Source: Felis catus (taxonomy: Eukaryota). From it: DNA of 64,000 nt. Positions 12,350 to 25,925 of the stretch are shown here, piece by piece. The position numbers and the translations under genes are program-made. The notes under the pieces are model-generated. The model made no database searches. It was given only the letters and a program-made list of their open reading frames with translations, and was not told the origin of the DNA. How positions within the stretch are numbered: the stretch's first letter is position 1; each line of letters opens with the position of its first letter. The DNA lies in contig NC_058368.1 in NCBI RefSeq assembly GCF_018350175.1, positions 51,895,815 through 51,959,814 on the forward strand, read 5' to 3'.

Positions 12350-14830
12350 ATCAACTTTACTAGATGATGCCAATCTCATTTACAAAATGATTGTCACACT
12401 GTACCTATTTGCCATCAGTATGAGAATTCCTGTTACTATATACCCTTAGTGTTATAATGTCTTTAACTTTCTAACCTATGGGCATGTAGTAGTGTCTCAT
12501 GATTTCAATTTGCATTTCCTTTGTTGCCAGTTGAGATCGAATACTTTTTCATTTGTTACGTTGGACATTGGCATATCTTTCATGGATTCCTTTTCAGGTC
12601 TCTTGCCCATTTTTCTGTTGGGGTTTTCTGACTGGTTTGTAGTTCTTTATAAAGCCTGGTCTAAGCCTTTTGTCAGTTATATGTGTTACATCTTCACATT
12701 GTGTAGCTTACCTATTAATTCTCTTGATGGTGTATTTTTATAGACTTAGTATAGTACCACGTATCATTCCTTTAAGATTAGTCATTTTATAGCTGATTTA
12801 AAGAGTATTTTCCTACCCTGGAATCATGATTATATTCTGTATTCCCAAAGCTTTATTTTGCTTTCCACCTATAATTTTTTATTGTCCATGTGGTTGTCTA
12901 GTTCTAATAACACTGAAAACTTCATCCTTACCTTAGTTTTTCTTTGTCAAAAAGCAGACGCCTTTGTGTGTATCTATTTCAACTATCTAGTCTTGCACCA
13001 GAACCATACTGTTTTAAACGCTGTAGCCTTACAATAAGTTTTGCTGAATAGCAAAGCAATCTTGTGTCTTATTTTCCCTTAAGAATGTCTTGGTTATTCT
13101 TGTCCCTTTAAGCTTTGTTCAAAAATATATATAGACATTCAGTCAGTGACATTCCAGAAAAAAAAAAAATCCTGTTGGAATTTTGGAATTGCATGGAACT
13201 TAGTTTGGGAGAAATTGATTCTTTATAATATTGAGTCTTACAATCCATGGACATAGTCTGCATCTTTTATTGATCGAGGTATTCCTTAATCTCTCAATTA
13301 AAATGTGCAGTTTCCCCATGGAACACTTGTATACTTTTTGTCAGTTGAGTTTCTGGATAGTTGGTATTTTTATGCAATTGTAAGGGATATTTTTTAAAAT
13401 TTCATTTCTGAGGTTTTGCATGTTTTATTCAACTTTACATTTATATCAGTTATATTATGTTTGGAGGCTTTACTTCACAGTTAAATGTGTGAATGTTTTA
13501 TTTCTTACTTTCCTGTCCTAACTTCTTTCTTTTTCTTGACTATGATCTTTAATGCTCTATTAAATATAAAGGAGAATATTTTTCTTTTTGCTAATATCAA
13601 AAAGAAAGCCTATTTACCATTAACTTTCAAATTTACTAAGAGAATTTTTAATTGTAAAAGTGAATTTGAACAACCTTTATGTCTATTAAAATATCTTAGT
13701 CTTAATATGCCAACTTTATGACGGATTTTTTAATATTGAATCAACTTTGAATTATTGACATAAATCCAACTTGGGACATTTTATTCTTCTAAAAGGTGGA
13801 TTTGATTTACTAACGGTTAGGGGTTTTGCTCAGTATTTTGAATACGATTGATCTGTATTAGGTTTTGGAATTACGATAGTGTTAGACTCATAAAATGAAT
13901 TGGGAAGTACTTTATGTTCTATCTGGATGAGCTTGTGTAATATTGGCATTATTTCTCTTTTATTTTTTTAAACATTTTTAATTTTTATTTATTTTTGAGG
14001 GAGAGGGAGACACAGAATCCGAAGCAGCCTCCAGGTTCTGAGGTGTCAGCACAGAGACTAATGTGGGGCTCGAACTCATGAGTCATGAGATCATGGCCTG
14101 AGTCAACATCAGATGCTTAACTGACTGAGCCATCCGGCACCCCTTATTTCTCTTTTAAAACAGGTGATATGGCTCAGTGGTGAAGCCATTGTGGCCTGGA
14201 ACCCAGGTCTGTTTTAGAAGCCTGGCATTGTGTCTACTTATTGTACTTCCCCAAGCATTATGAGAAAACCCACCTCAGTGGTGGACATCTATATACCCCT
14301 CATAGTTCTAATTTTGGTTCATGTCTTTTGAGGGCATAGGATTTGGTGAATATATATTTAGGTATTATTAGAACATTAAACAGGTTCACTCTATTATTGG
14401 AACTATTCTTATTTTTTTAAGGTCTCAAAATCTATTTTTCTGATATTAAGTAGCTATATCAGCTTTGTTTTAGTGTTTGTAGGATATAGATTTTTAAACC
14501 GTTACCGTCAAACTTCTATCCTTTTTATGTGAGAACAGCATATAGTTCAGTTTTTAACCTAGTATGAAAATCTTTGCCCTTCTGCCTGAGTATTTAAGCC
14601 ATTAGTATAGAAAATTCCTGACATATTTGAATACAAACGTACCACCCTCTCATGAGCCGTTTGTTACGTGTTGCTTTTCTCTCCTATTAGTTTGAAAAGT
14701 ATACCCTAATGCTCTTTTGCCGTCTGTAGTGGTTCCCCAAGGAATTACAGTTTTCATTGTAACCTATCAAAGAATATTCATCTTAACATTTCCCATCCTC
14801 CTAGGCAAAACAAGGACATCCTTACATCTA
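12350..14830 (-). mobile_element. Ancient degraded L1M (antisense), interrupted by a SINE
   Basis: T-rich antisense L1 motifs (ttcaatttgcatttcc, tagtttgggagaaattg, gactcataaaatgaattgggaag). Confidence 0.7.
13963..14143 (-). mobile_element. Carnivore SINE
   Basis: TSD ttatttctctttta at 13949-13962 and 14144-14157. Confidence 0.93.
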
Positions 14831-15466
14831 ATCTAGTGTCATACTAGACATTAGCCTCCCGACACCTAATCTCTGTATACGCAATTTAAGTCTCAGCCAG
14901 GGATTGGGGAAGGAAGATCATATATAGATTTAGGGGCTCTCCGAAATTCAGAGAAAACAGAGTCAGCCATGTAAACAGTGCAACACCGTATGATTAAAAA
15001 ATATTTAGAGAAAGTGATGGGACCAAGGGAATGATCAGCAGGTGAAGTTGCAAGTTTCCCCAGCAGTGTTTGTATTTCATCTTAAACCAGGGCCCGAGTT
15101 TACTTGCCCAACAGATAGTTATTGACTAGTATTTGTCAGCTTTGTGCCACATGCCGAGGGTATCACAGCCAATAAACCAGGTCTGGTCCCTGCCTTCGTG
15201 GAAGTTACACTGTTGATTCATTTGAAGGTAAAATCAAAGTACTATGTCCTACCTATATAGAATAAGGGGTTAGAAGAGGAGGACAAGGATGATTTACCCT
15301 AAAGGGGGTGCTTCAGAAAGGCCTGAGAAGAGGGTATTTAAGCTGAGGATTTATAGGATTAATCAAATGAGGAGAAGGAGAAAGATTATTTTAGAGATGG
15401 GGGAGAATTTGGAGTGTAAAAAAAGCAAAAGGAGGCTGGTGGGGCTGGACCTTAGGGTGCTAGCGA

Positions 15467-15864
15467 CAGGACTGGCCACATGAATTTGGGGTCCAGTACA
15501 AAATGAAAATGTAGGGGAGCTTGGGTGGCTCAGTAAGTTGAGCATCTGACTTCAGCTCGGGTCATGATCTGGCGATTCATGGGTTCGATCCCCCTGTCAG
15601 ACTCTGTGCTGACAGCTTGGAGCCTGGAGCCTGCTTCAGATCCTGTGTCTCCCCCTCTCTCTCTGCCACTCCTCCGCTCATGCTCTGTCTCTCTCTCAAA
15701 AGTAAAAATAAACGTTAAAAAATGAAAATTAAAATGTAAAATGAATATCGAAGACATTCAGAATTTTAGGATGGCAACAGCAGAACACTAAGCCAATCAA
15801 AGGGCCCCTCAGAGCACAGGGCTGCATGCCCCTATGCAGGCCGCAGGACCTGGAGCCAGCCCTG
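15467..15864 (-). mobile_element. MER45A-like hAT-Tip100 element split by a SINE
   Basis: Termini caggactggc...gccagccctg; body matches the recalled MER45A consensus on both sides of the SINE. Confidence 0.75.
15514..15724 (+). mobile_element. Carnivore SINE inside MER45A
   Basis: TSD aaaatgaaaatgta / aaaattaaaatgta. Confidence 0.92.
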
Positions 15865-16059
15865 GCTGGAAGGAGAGTGGGGAGAGCTGAGTTGGGAGAA
15901 GAGATGGGCATGACCCTGTAGAACCTCAAGTACGGATGGGCTGTGAATTGTATTGGAAGTTCAATGGGAAACTGTAACACTGACATCATGCTCTTCCTAT
16001 GGGCTAGACCCTCTGCTGCTACATTCTTTAGTTTTTCCTAATTTAATCCTCACACAACC

Positions 16060-16540
16060 TTACTGTTCTAAAATCTGTGGGATTTATGGAGGTGATGGAG
16101 GACATGAAGAAATCACCACGTTTGCAAGATTTCATTAGTGACACTTCCCGAGAGGAAGGGGCAGTCATGCCACGCAGGGCCATGTGAGAAGTATCAGGCT
16201 TTGTTCAGGGGGCAGAAGCAAGAGCGAGGGGAAAGTATAGGCTGGAGACTTTATTGGAGCTCCTGTGGGGAAAGCAGAGTAAACATTTTAGGATGGGCTC
16301 GTTTGACTAAAGCCAGTGCGTTCAGGGCTGGAGAGGTGGTTTCTGGTTGCCCAGTAGTTGGCCCTGGGATGATTCAGGGCAGGAGAAATTTGGTTTGGTG
16401 TATGAGAATTGCCAAAGAAAGTGGGTAGGCAGCATCAGATCAGCAGGTCTGCACAGGTAAGCTTACAGGAGAGAGGTCAGCACCTTGATAGTTTGGCCGT
16501 GTGATGAATGGATGTCAAATAGATGCAACAAATCTTCGAA
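16060..16540. mobile_element. Old ERVL-class LTR (MER54/MER74-like), approximate
   Basis: Recall-based resemblance; contains an antisense poly(A) signal (ctttattg) at an LTR-like position. Confidence 0.45.
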
Positions 16541-19500
16541 CGCCTACTGATGATCTCCATTTTATCTTTTTGTTACATCCTATGACTTATTTTGTAACTG
16601 GAAATTTGGCCTTTTTCACCCCTTTCACCAATTTTGGCCCCTTCCCACCCTCTGCCACTACCTTTCTGTTCTTTTTATCTCTGAGTTTTTTTTTTTCTTA
16701 AAGATTCTACATATAAGTGGTGACATATGCAGATTTGTCTATTCCCATTTTAAAGATGGGGAAACTCAGGTACAGATTGGTTAGAAAACTTGCCTGTGAT
16801 CATAGAACTATTAAGTGCCAGAGCCTGGCAAAAAGCAGTAATTAGGACAAATGTGAATTTCAAACTCACTTTATATGGAGGCAAAAGGAAGATGGTGGAG
16901 TAGGAGGATCCTGAGCTCACCTTGTCTCCCCTCCCACCACCACCCCCCCCCCCGCCGCCAGACACCCCAAGGTAACAGCTGTACTTGGAAACTAACTCTG
17001 AAAATGATGTGAGTGCTGGCAGAACAGATCTTCCACAGTTAATGCCAGAGAGGAGGACGCATGGTTGGGAACCAAAACCCTGGCAAGACTAACCACAACG
17101 TGGGGGACACCACAAACACAGAGAAGAGAGAGGATCAGACCGTATGCCAGAAACTCCAGGCACTGTGGGCCCACACTGGGAAAATGAGTCCCCGTAATAT
17201 CTGGCTTTGAAAACCAGTGGGGCTTGGGAAGGAAGTTAATTAAGATGGCAGAGTAGTAGGGGGACCCTGAGTCGACCTCATCCCTCAAACACATCCCTTG
17301 AGCTGAGGATTAAGAAAACAATCTACACAACTGGAGGAAGAGAACATGGCAGATGTGAGGTTCAGAGCTGTGAATTGGGGAGAGGAAAGCTGTGGTGCTG
17401 TAGAGGGAAGGGAACCCTTTCCCCAGAGAGTGGTCAGGAAAGGGGAGAGTGGTAGGGTGTGAGCTACGTGTAAGGTTTGGGCAAAACTCTGGTGTGGGGA
17501 TCCCCTGGGTGGCACTGGGAGACATTCCAGGTGTATATTTGGAAGAAGGTTTTTTTTTTGCCTCTCCGAGGACTAAGGGCCTGCTGGGAGCTATTGAGTG
17601 GCCTTTCAACACCAAGAAACAGAAACACATGTAGATGGCAGATATCCTTGTTGCAGCTTTTTACTGTGTGCGACAGCAGACTCCAGCCACTGGGCATGTT
17701 GGAAGAGGGGAGTGGGTCTGTGATTTACCATGCCCTTTAAGATTTGGAGCTTTGAATCCCAGCAGCGGGCCAGAAAGAGAGCAGAACTGTAGTGCTGGGT
17801 GTGCCAACTTCTGGGCACAGACAGGTTAAGAATAGGAATCTGACAAAAGCCTGGGACACTTTTCTTTGAGGGCCTCTTGAACAGAGGCAGCCATAAGTTG
17901 CCCTTAGTGGGGTGATGCCATTGTCCGCCACCCCCCCCCCCCCCCCCCCCCAGCAGCATGGTCAGACTTCACAGAGAAATACAGCACTATCTGGTGGAGG
18001 CTGGAACCACTTACACCAAGTCCCACCCACCTGTACCCTGGAGGCTCATTTCCACTAAAACATGTCTAGGTGAGAATCAGCATAGCAGGCCCCTCCTTCA
18101 GAAGACCAGCACAAATCCTTTCTACCCACTTGCTCTACAGATTATAGTATGCTGCAATGTTTCAGCTCTAGGGGAAACTGGATCTAGCTTAGGTTTTGGG
18201 TTTTGTTTTGTTTGTTAAATTGTTCATTTTCTTTGCTTCTGTTTTTGTTTCTTTTTTAATTTTCTTTCTTTCTGTTTTTCTTTCTTGGATACAGAAAGAA
18301 ATTTTATTTCTATTTCTTTCATTGTTTAAAGTAAAAATTTAATTTCTCTTCTCTCTTTTCTCTCTTCTCATTTTTTTCTTTTCTTTCTCTTTTCTATCAA
18401 GCTTCTCTTAATAAGCAGACCAAAACACACCTAGGACTAGCTTCCTTTGATTTTGTTTTATTTTTAATTTTTAATTTTATTAATTTTTTTCTTCCTTCAA
18501 AATGACAAGATGGAAGAATTCACCCCAAAAGAAAGAACAGGAAGAAACAGCCAGGAATTTAATCAACACAGATATAACTAAGATATCTAAAACTAGAATT
18601 TAAAACTATGATTATGAGAATACTAGCTGGCATTGAGAAAAGCATAGAAGACATCAGAGAATCCCTTTCTGCAGAGATAAAAGAGCTAAAATCTAGCCAG
18701 GCCAAAATTAAAAAAGCCATCACTGAGATGCAATCTTGAATAGATGCCATGGAGGCAAGGATGGATAAAGCAGAGCAGAAAATTAGTGATATAGAAAATA
18801 AAATTATGGAAAATAATGAAGCTGAAAAGAAGAGGAAACAAAGGCAGATGATCATGATACAAAACTTAGAGAACTCAGAAACTTATTGAAGAGGAATAAC
18901 ATTCATATCATTGGAGTCTTAGAGGATGAAAAGAGAAAAAAGGTACAGAATGTTTATGTGAGCAAATTATCGCTGAAAACTTCACTAATTTGGGGAAGGA
19001 CATAGACATTAAAGTCCAAGATGCACAGAGAACTCCCATTAAATTTAACAATATCCAACCATCACCAAGGCATATCATAGTCAAATTCACAAATTACACA
19101 GACAAGAAAAGAATCATGAAAGCAGCAAGGGGAAAAAAAATTTTTTTTTAACTAAAAGGAAGACAGATCAGGCTTGCAGCAGATCTGTCCACAGAAACAT
19201 GGCAAGCCAGAAAGGAGTGGCAGGATATATTTAACATGCTAAATGGGAAAAATATGCAGCCAATAATTCTTTATCCAGCAAGCCTGTCATTCAGAATAGA
19301 AGGAGAGATAAAAAGTCTACCAGTTAAACAAAAACTAAAAGAGTTTGTGACCACTAACCCAGCCTTGTAAGAAATTTTAAGGGAGACTCTTAGAGTAGAA
19401 GAAAAATAAACAAAAAAGACCAAAAGCAACAGAGACTAGAAATGACCAGAGAAAATCACCAGAAACACCAACTCTACAGGCAACAAATGGCACTAAATTC

Positions 19501-19608
19501 ATACCTTTCAATAATCACTCTGAATGTAAATGGACTAAATTCTCCAATCAAAAGACATGAGGTATCAGAACAGATTAAAAAACAAAAACAAAAACAAAAA
19601 ACAAGACT

Positions 19609-19818
19609 GAGGCGCCTGGGTGGCTCAGTCGGTTAAGCGTCCGATTGGAGCTCAGGTCATGATCTCATGGTTCATGAGTTCGAGCCCCGCATCGGGCTCT
19701 GTGCTGACAGCTCAGAGTCTGGAACCTGCAGCCTGCTTTGGATTCTGTGTCTGCCTCTCTCTCTGCCCCTCTCCCACTCACACTCTCTGTCTCTCAAAAA
19801 TAAATAAATGTTAAAAAA
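19609..19818 (+). mobile_element. SINE in L1 B ORF2
   Basis: Typical SINEC structure. Confidence 0.93.
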
Positions 19819-20767
19819 AAAAAAAGATCTATCTATACCCTGCCTACAAGAGACTCATTATAGACGTAAAGAAACCTGCAGTTTGAAAGTGAGGGGATGG
19901 AGAACCATTTGTCATGCTAATGGACATCAAAAGAAAGCCAGTGTAGCCATACTTCTCTCAGCCAAACTAGATTTTAAAATAAAGACTGTAACAAGAGATG
20001 AAGAAGAAAATTGTATCATAATTAAGGGGTCTATCCACCAAAAAGATCTAGGAGTTGTGAATATGTATGGCCCCAACTTGAAAGAATCCTAATATATAAG
20101 TCAATTACTAACAAATATAAAAAAACTCACTGTTAAAGTCCCATACTATTATTGTATTATTTAATACCCCACTTACAACAATGGATACATCGTCTAAGCA
20201 GAAAATCAACAAGGAAGCAATGGCTTTGAATGACACACTGGACTGGCTAGGCTTAACAGATATACTCAAAACATTTCATCCTAAAGCAGCAGAATACACA
20301 TTCTTCTCAAGTGCACATGGAACATTCTTCAGAATAGATCAGCTACTGGGTCACAAATCAGCCCTCAACAAGTACAAAAAGATTGAAATCATACCATGCA
20401 TATTTTCAGACAACAAAGCTATGAAACTTGAACCACAAGAAAAAATTTGGAAAAACCACAAATACTTGGAAGTTAAAGAACATCCTAAAGAATGAATTGG
20501 CTAACCAAGAATTTAAAGAGGAAATAAAAAAAGTACATGGAAACCAATGAAAATGAAAACATAGCAGTCCAAAACCTTTGGAATACAGCAAAGGCAGTCA
20601 TAAAATGGAAGTATATAGCAATCTAGGTCTTCCTAAAGAAGGAAGAAATGTGTCAAATATACAACCTAAACTTACACTAAAGGAGCTGGAAAAAGAATAG
20701 CAAATAAAGCCCAAACCCAACAGAAGAAGGGAAATAATAAAGATTAGAACAAAAATCAATGACATCA

Positions 20768-20901
20768 GGGGCACCTGGGTGGCTCAGTCGGTTAAGCATC
20801 CGACTTTGGCTCAGGTCATGACCTCACAGTTTGTGAGTTCAAGCCCCACATCAGGCTCTGCACTGACAGTTCAGAGCCTGGAACCTGCTTCCAATTCTGT
20901 G

Positions 20902-20963
<62 letters not shown>

Positions 20964-20994
20964 CTCAAAAGTAAATAAATATTAAAAAATTTAA
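20768..20994 (+). mobile_element. SINE in L1 B ORF2 with expanded (TC)n microsatellite (~20905-20952)
   Basis: Perfect 17-bp TSD aaaaatcaatgacatca. Confidence 0.95.
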
Positions 20995-23926
20995 AAAAAT
21001 CAATGACATCAAAATAAAAAACAGAACAGATCAATGAAAACAAGGGTCTGGTTCTTTGAAAGAATTAAAAAATTGATATACCCCTCACTAGACGTATCAA
21101 AAAGAACAAGGAAAGGACTCACATAAATAAAATCATGATTGAAGGAGAAATCACAACCAACACTGAAGAAATACAAACAATATAAGAGAATATTATGAGA
21201 AATTATATGCCAACAAATTGGACAGTCTGGAAGAAATGGATGAATTCCTAGAACCATATAAACTACCAAAAATAGAAACAGGAAGAGATAGAAATTTTGA
21301 ACAGAATCCTAACTAGTAAAGAAATTGAATCAGTAATCAAAAATCCCCCAAATAAGAGTCCACGGCTGGATGGCTCCCAGGGGAATTCTACCAAACATTT
21401 AAAGAAGAATTCTTTAGAAGAATTCAAAAGAATACATATTCTTTTGAAACTGTTCCAAAAAATAGAAATGGAAGGAAAGCTTCCAAACTCATTCTATGAG
21501 GCCAGCATTACCTTAATTCCAAAACCAGACAAACCTACTAAAAAGAATTACAGGTTAATGTCCTTGATGAAACTTGATGCAAAAATTCTCAACAAGAACT
21601 AGCAAACCAAATATAACAATACATCAAAAGCCTTATTCACCACAGTCAAGTGGGAATTATTCCTGGGCTTCAGGGGTAATTCAATATCCACAAAATCAAT
21701 GTGATATACCACATTCATAAAAGAAAGGATAAGAACCACATGATCCTCTCAAAAGATGCAGAAAAAGCATTTGACAAAACATAGCATCCTTTCTTGATGA
21801 ATACCCTCAAAAAAGTAGAGATAGAAGAAATATACTTCAACATCATAAAGGCCGTACACAAAAGACTCACAGCTAATATCATCCTCAATGGGGAAAAGCT
21901 AAGAGCTTTCCCCCTAAGGTCAAGAACACAGCAGGGATGTCTACTCTCACTAATGTCGTTCAACATAATACTGGAAACCCTAGCCTCAGCAATCATAACA
22001 AAAAGAAATAAAAGGTATACAAATTGTCAAGGAAGAAGTCAAACTTTCACTCTTTGCAGATGACACGATACCCTACGGGGAAAACCCAAAAGACTCCATC
22101 AAAAATTTGCTAGAACTGATACATGAATTCAGCAGTCACAGGACATAAAATCAATGTACAGAAATCAGTTGCATTTGTGTATACTAATAATGAAACAGCA
22201 GAAAGAGAAATCAAGGAATTGACCCCATTTACAAGTGCACCAAAACTCATAAGATACCCAGGAATAAACCCAATTAAAGAGGTAAAACCTAGGTATGCTG
22301 AAAATTATAGAATTCTTATGAAAGAAATTGAGGAAGACACAAAGAAATGGAAGAACATTCCATGCTCATGGATTGGAAGAACAAATATTGTTAAAATGTC
22401 TATACTACCCAAAGCAATCTACATGTTCAATGCCATCCCTATCAAAATAACACCAACATTCTTCACAGAGCCAGAGCAAACAATTCTAAAATATGTGTAG
22501 AACCAGAGAAGACTCTGAATAGCCAAAGGAAAACCAAAGCTGGAGGAATCACAATTCCAGACTTGAAGCTGTATTACAAAGCTGTAATCATCAAGGCAGA
22601 TGGTACTGGCACAAAAACAGACACATAGATCAATGGAACAGAATAGAGAACCCAGAAATGAGCCCACAAATGTATGGCCAACTAATCTTCAACAAAGCAG
22701 GAAAAAATATCCAATGGAAAATGGTGTTGGGAAAACTGAACAACGACATGCAGAAGAATGAAACTGGGCCACTTTCTTGCACCATACACAAAAAATAAGT
22801 TCAAAATGGATGAAAAACCAAAATGTGAGATAGGAAACCATCAAAATCCTGTGGTAAAACACAGGCCACAAGCTCTTTGACGTCAGTGACAGCAACTACT
22901 TACTAGACATGTCTCCAGAGGCAACAGAAACAAAAGCAAACATGAACTATCGGGACCTCTTTAAGATAAAAAGCTTCTGCACAGTGAAGGAAACAATCAA
23001 CAAAACTAAAAGGCAACCGACAGAATGGGAGAAAATATTTGCAGATGACATATTGGATAAAAGATTAGCATCCAAAATCTATAAAGAACTTATCAAACTC
23101 AACACTCAGAAAACAAGTAATCCAGTGAAGAAATGGGCAGAGGACATGAATGGACACTTTTCCAAAGAAGACATCCAGATGGCTAACAGACACATGAAAA
23201 AATGCTCAATATCACTCATCAGAGGAATACAAATCAAAACCACAAGATACCACCTCACACCTGTCAGAATGTCTAAAATTAACAACTTAGGAAACAACAG
23301 ATGTTGGCAAGGATGCAGAGAAAGGGGAACCCTTTTGCATTGTTGGTGGGACTGCAAACTGGTGCAACCACTCTGGAAAACATTATGATGGCTCCTCAAA
23401 GAATTAAAAATAGAACTACCCTATGACCCAGCAATTGTACTGCTATATATTTACCCAAAGGATACAAAAATGCTGATTCGAAGGGGCACATGCACCTCAA
23501 AGTTTATAGCAGCACTATCAACAATAGCCAAATTATGGAAAGAGCCCAAATGTCCATTGACTGATACATGTATAAAGAAAATGGTGTATATATAATCACA
23601 AAGGAATATAACTCAGTGATCAAAACGAAGGAAATCTTATGATTTGCAACAACGTAGATGGAACAACGTAGATGTATTATACTAAGTGAAATAAGTCAGT
23701 CACAGGAAAACAAATATCATATGATTTCACTTATATGTGGAATTTAAGAAAGAAAATGATGAACATAGGTAAAGGAAAGGAAAAATAAGACAAAAACAGA
23801 GAGGAAGGCAAACCATAAAAGGCTCTTAACTGTAGAGAACAAACAGGCTTTGTTTGGGTTGCTGGCAGAGTGCTGGGTTGGACAATAGGCCAGATGGATG
23901 ATGGGCATTAAAGAGGACATATGTTG

Positions 23927-25619
23927 ACAGACTTCAAGCTGTATTACAAAGCTGTAATCATCAAGACAGTATGGTATGGCACAAGAACAGACACTCACAT
24001 CAATGGAACAGAATAGAGAACCCAGAAATGGACCCACAAATGCATGGCCAACTAATCTTTGACAAAGCAGGAAAGAATATCCAATGGAATAAAGACAGTC
24101 TCTTCAACAAGTGGTGCTGGGAAAACTGGACAGCGACATGCAGAAGAATGAACCTGGACCACTTTCTTATACCATACACAAAAATAAAGTCAAAGTGGAT
24201 GAAAGACTTCAATGTAAGACAGGAAGCCATCCAATTCCTCGAGGAGAAAGCAGGCAAAAACCTCTTTGATCTTGGCCGCAGCAACTTCTTACTCAACACG
24301 TCTCTGGAGGCAAGGGAAACAAAAGCAAAATAAACTACTGGGACCTCATCAAAATAAAAAGCCTCTGCACAGCAAAGGAGACAATCAGCAAAACTAAAAG
24401 GCATCCAACAGAATGGGAGAAGATATTTGCAAACAGCATATCAGATAAAGGGTTAGTATCCAAAATCTATGAAGAACTTATCAAACTCAACACCCCAAAA
24501 ACAAATAATTCAGTGAAGAAATGGGCAAAAGACATGAATAGACGCTTCTCCAAAGAAGACATCCAGATGGCCAAGTGACACATGAAAAAATGTTCAACAT
24601 CAGTCATCATCAGGGAAATACAAATCAAAACCACAATGAGATACAACCTCACACCTGTCAGAATGGCTAACATTAACAACTCAGGCAACAACAGATGTTG
24701 GTGAGGATGCGGAGAAAGAGAAAGGATCTTTTTTTCACTGCTGGTGGGAATGCAAACTGATGTAGCCACTCTGGAAAACAGTATTGAGGTTCCTCAAAAA
24801 ACTAAAAATAGAACTACCCTATGACCCAGCAATTGCACTACTAGGTATTTATCCAAGGGATACAGGTGTGCTGTTTCAAAGGGGCACATGCACCCCAATG
24901 TTTATAGCAGCACTATCAACAATAGCCAAAGTATAGAAAGAGCCCAAATGTCCATCAATGGATGAATGGATAAAGAAGATGTGGGATATATATACAATGG
25001 AGTATTACTCAGCAATCAAAAAGAATGAAATCTTGCCATTTGCAACTACATGGATGGAACTGGAGGGTATTATGCTAAGCGAAATTAGAAAAAGACAAAT
25101 ATCATATGACTTCACTCATATGAGGACTTTAAGACACAGAACAGATGAACATAAAGGAAGGGAAGCAAAAATCATAAAAACGGGGAGGGGAACAAAACAT
25201 AACAGACTCTTAAATATGAAGAACAAACAGAGGGTCACTGGAGGGGTTGTGGGAGGGGGATGGGCTAAAGGGGGTAAGGGGCATTAGAAATCTACTCCTG
25301 AAATCATTGTTACACTATATGCTAACTAACTTGGATGTAAATTAGAAAAATAAATTAGGGGCGCCTGGGTGGTGCAGTCGGTTGAGCGTCCGACTTCAGC
25401 CAGGTCACGATCTCGCGGTCCGTGAGTTCGAGCTCCGCGTCGGGCTCTGGGCTGATGGCTCAGAGCCTGGAGCCTATTTCCGATTCTGTGTCTCCCTCTC
25501 TCTCTGCCCCTCCCCCGTTCATGCTCTGTCTCTCTCTGTCCCAAAAATAAATAAAAACGTTGAAAAAAAAATTAAAAAAAAAAAAAAAAGAAAAAAAGAA
25601 AAATAAATCAAAAAAAAAA
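23927..25619 (+). mobile_element. L1 'C': 5'-truncated L1_Fc-type element in the 3'UTR of L1 B
   Basis: TSD aaagaggacatatgttg (23910-23926) / aaagagggcacgtgttg (25620-25636); ORF2 C-terminal region, felid 3'UTR and A tail. Confidence 0.92.
25358..25596 (+). mobile_element. Young SINEC_Fc SINE in the A tail of L1 C
   Basis: TSD agaaaaataaatta / agaaaaataaatca. Confidence 0.95.
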
Positions 25620-25784
25620 AAAGAGGGCACGTGTTGGGATGAGTACTGCATATTATATGTAAGTGATGAATCACTAAATTCTACTCCTGAAACAATACTA
25701 CACTATATGTTAACTAACTTACATCTGAAAAAAAAAATAAAGAAAAGGAAAAAATAAAACTAGTGGGCTTAACTCTGTACTTTA

Positions 25785-25925
25785 CGTTTTTAGCTTTATT
25801 CTTTGTTTTTTAAACGTTTAATTCCTGTTAGTTAGCATATAGTGTTATATTAGTTTCATGCATACAATATACTAATTCAACACTTTCATACATCACCCTG
25901 TGCTCATCATAAGTGCACTTCTTGA
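25785..25925 (-). mobile_element. Short antisense L1 3'-end fragment inside the L1 A 5'UTR
   Basis: gttagcatatagtgttatattagtttca...catcaccctgtgctcatcataagtgc. Confidence 0.75.

Larger units (their letters stand above)
17226..25755 (+). mobile_element. L1 'B': full-length, inactivated L1 nested in the 5'UTR of L1 A (ORF1 from ATG 18501, ORF2 from ATG 19487)
   Basis: Own 5' end (aagatggcagagtag); TSD aaaaccagtggggctt (17210-17225) / aaaactagtgggctt (25756-25770); EN, RT (LFADD) and C-terminal fragments with many stops and frameshifts. Confidence 0.92.

Noticed and set aside
14828..14854. Small imperfect hairpin ctaatctagt...actagacattag
   Set aside because: Stem too short to distinguish from chance.
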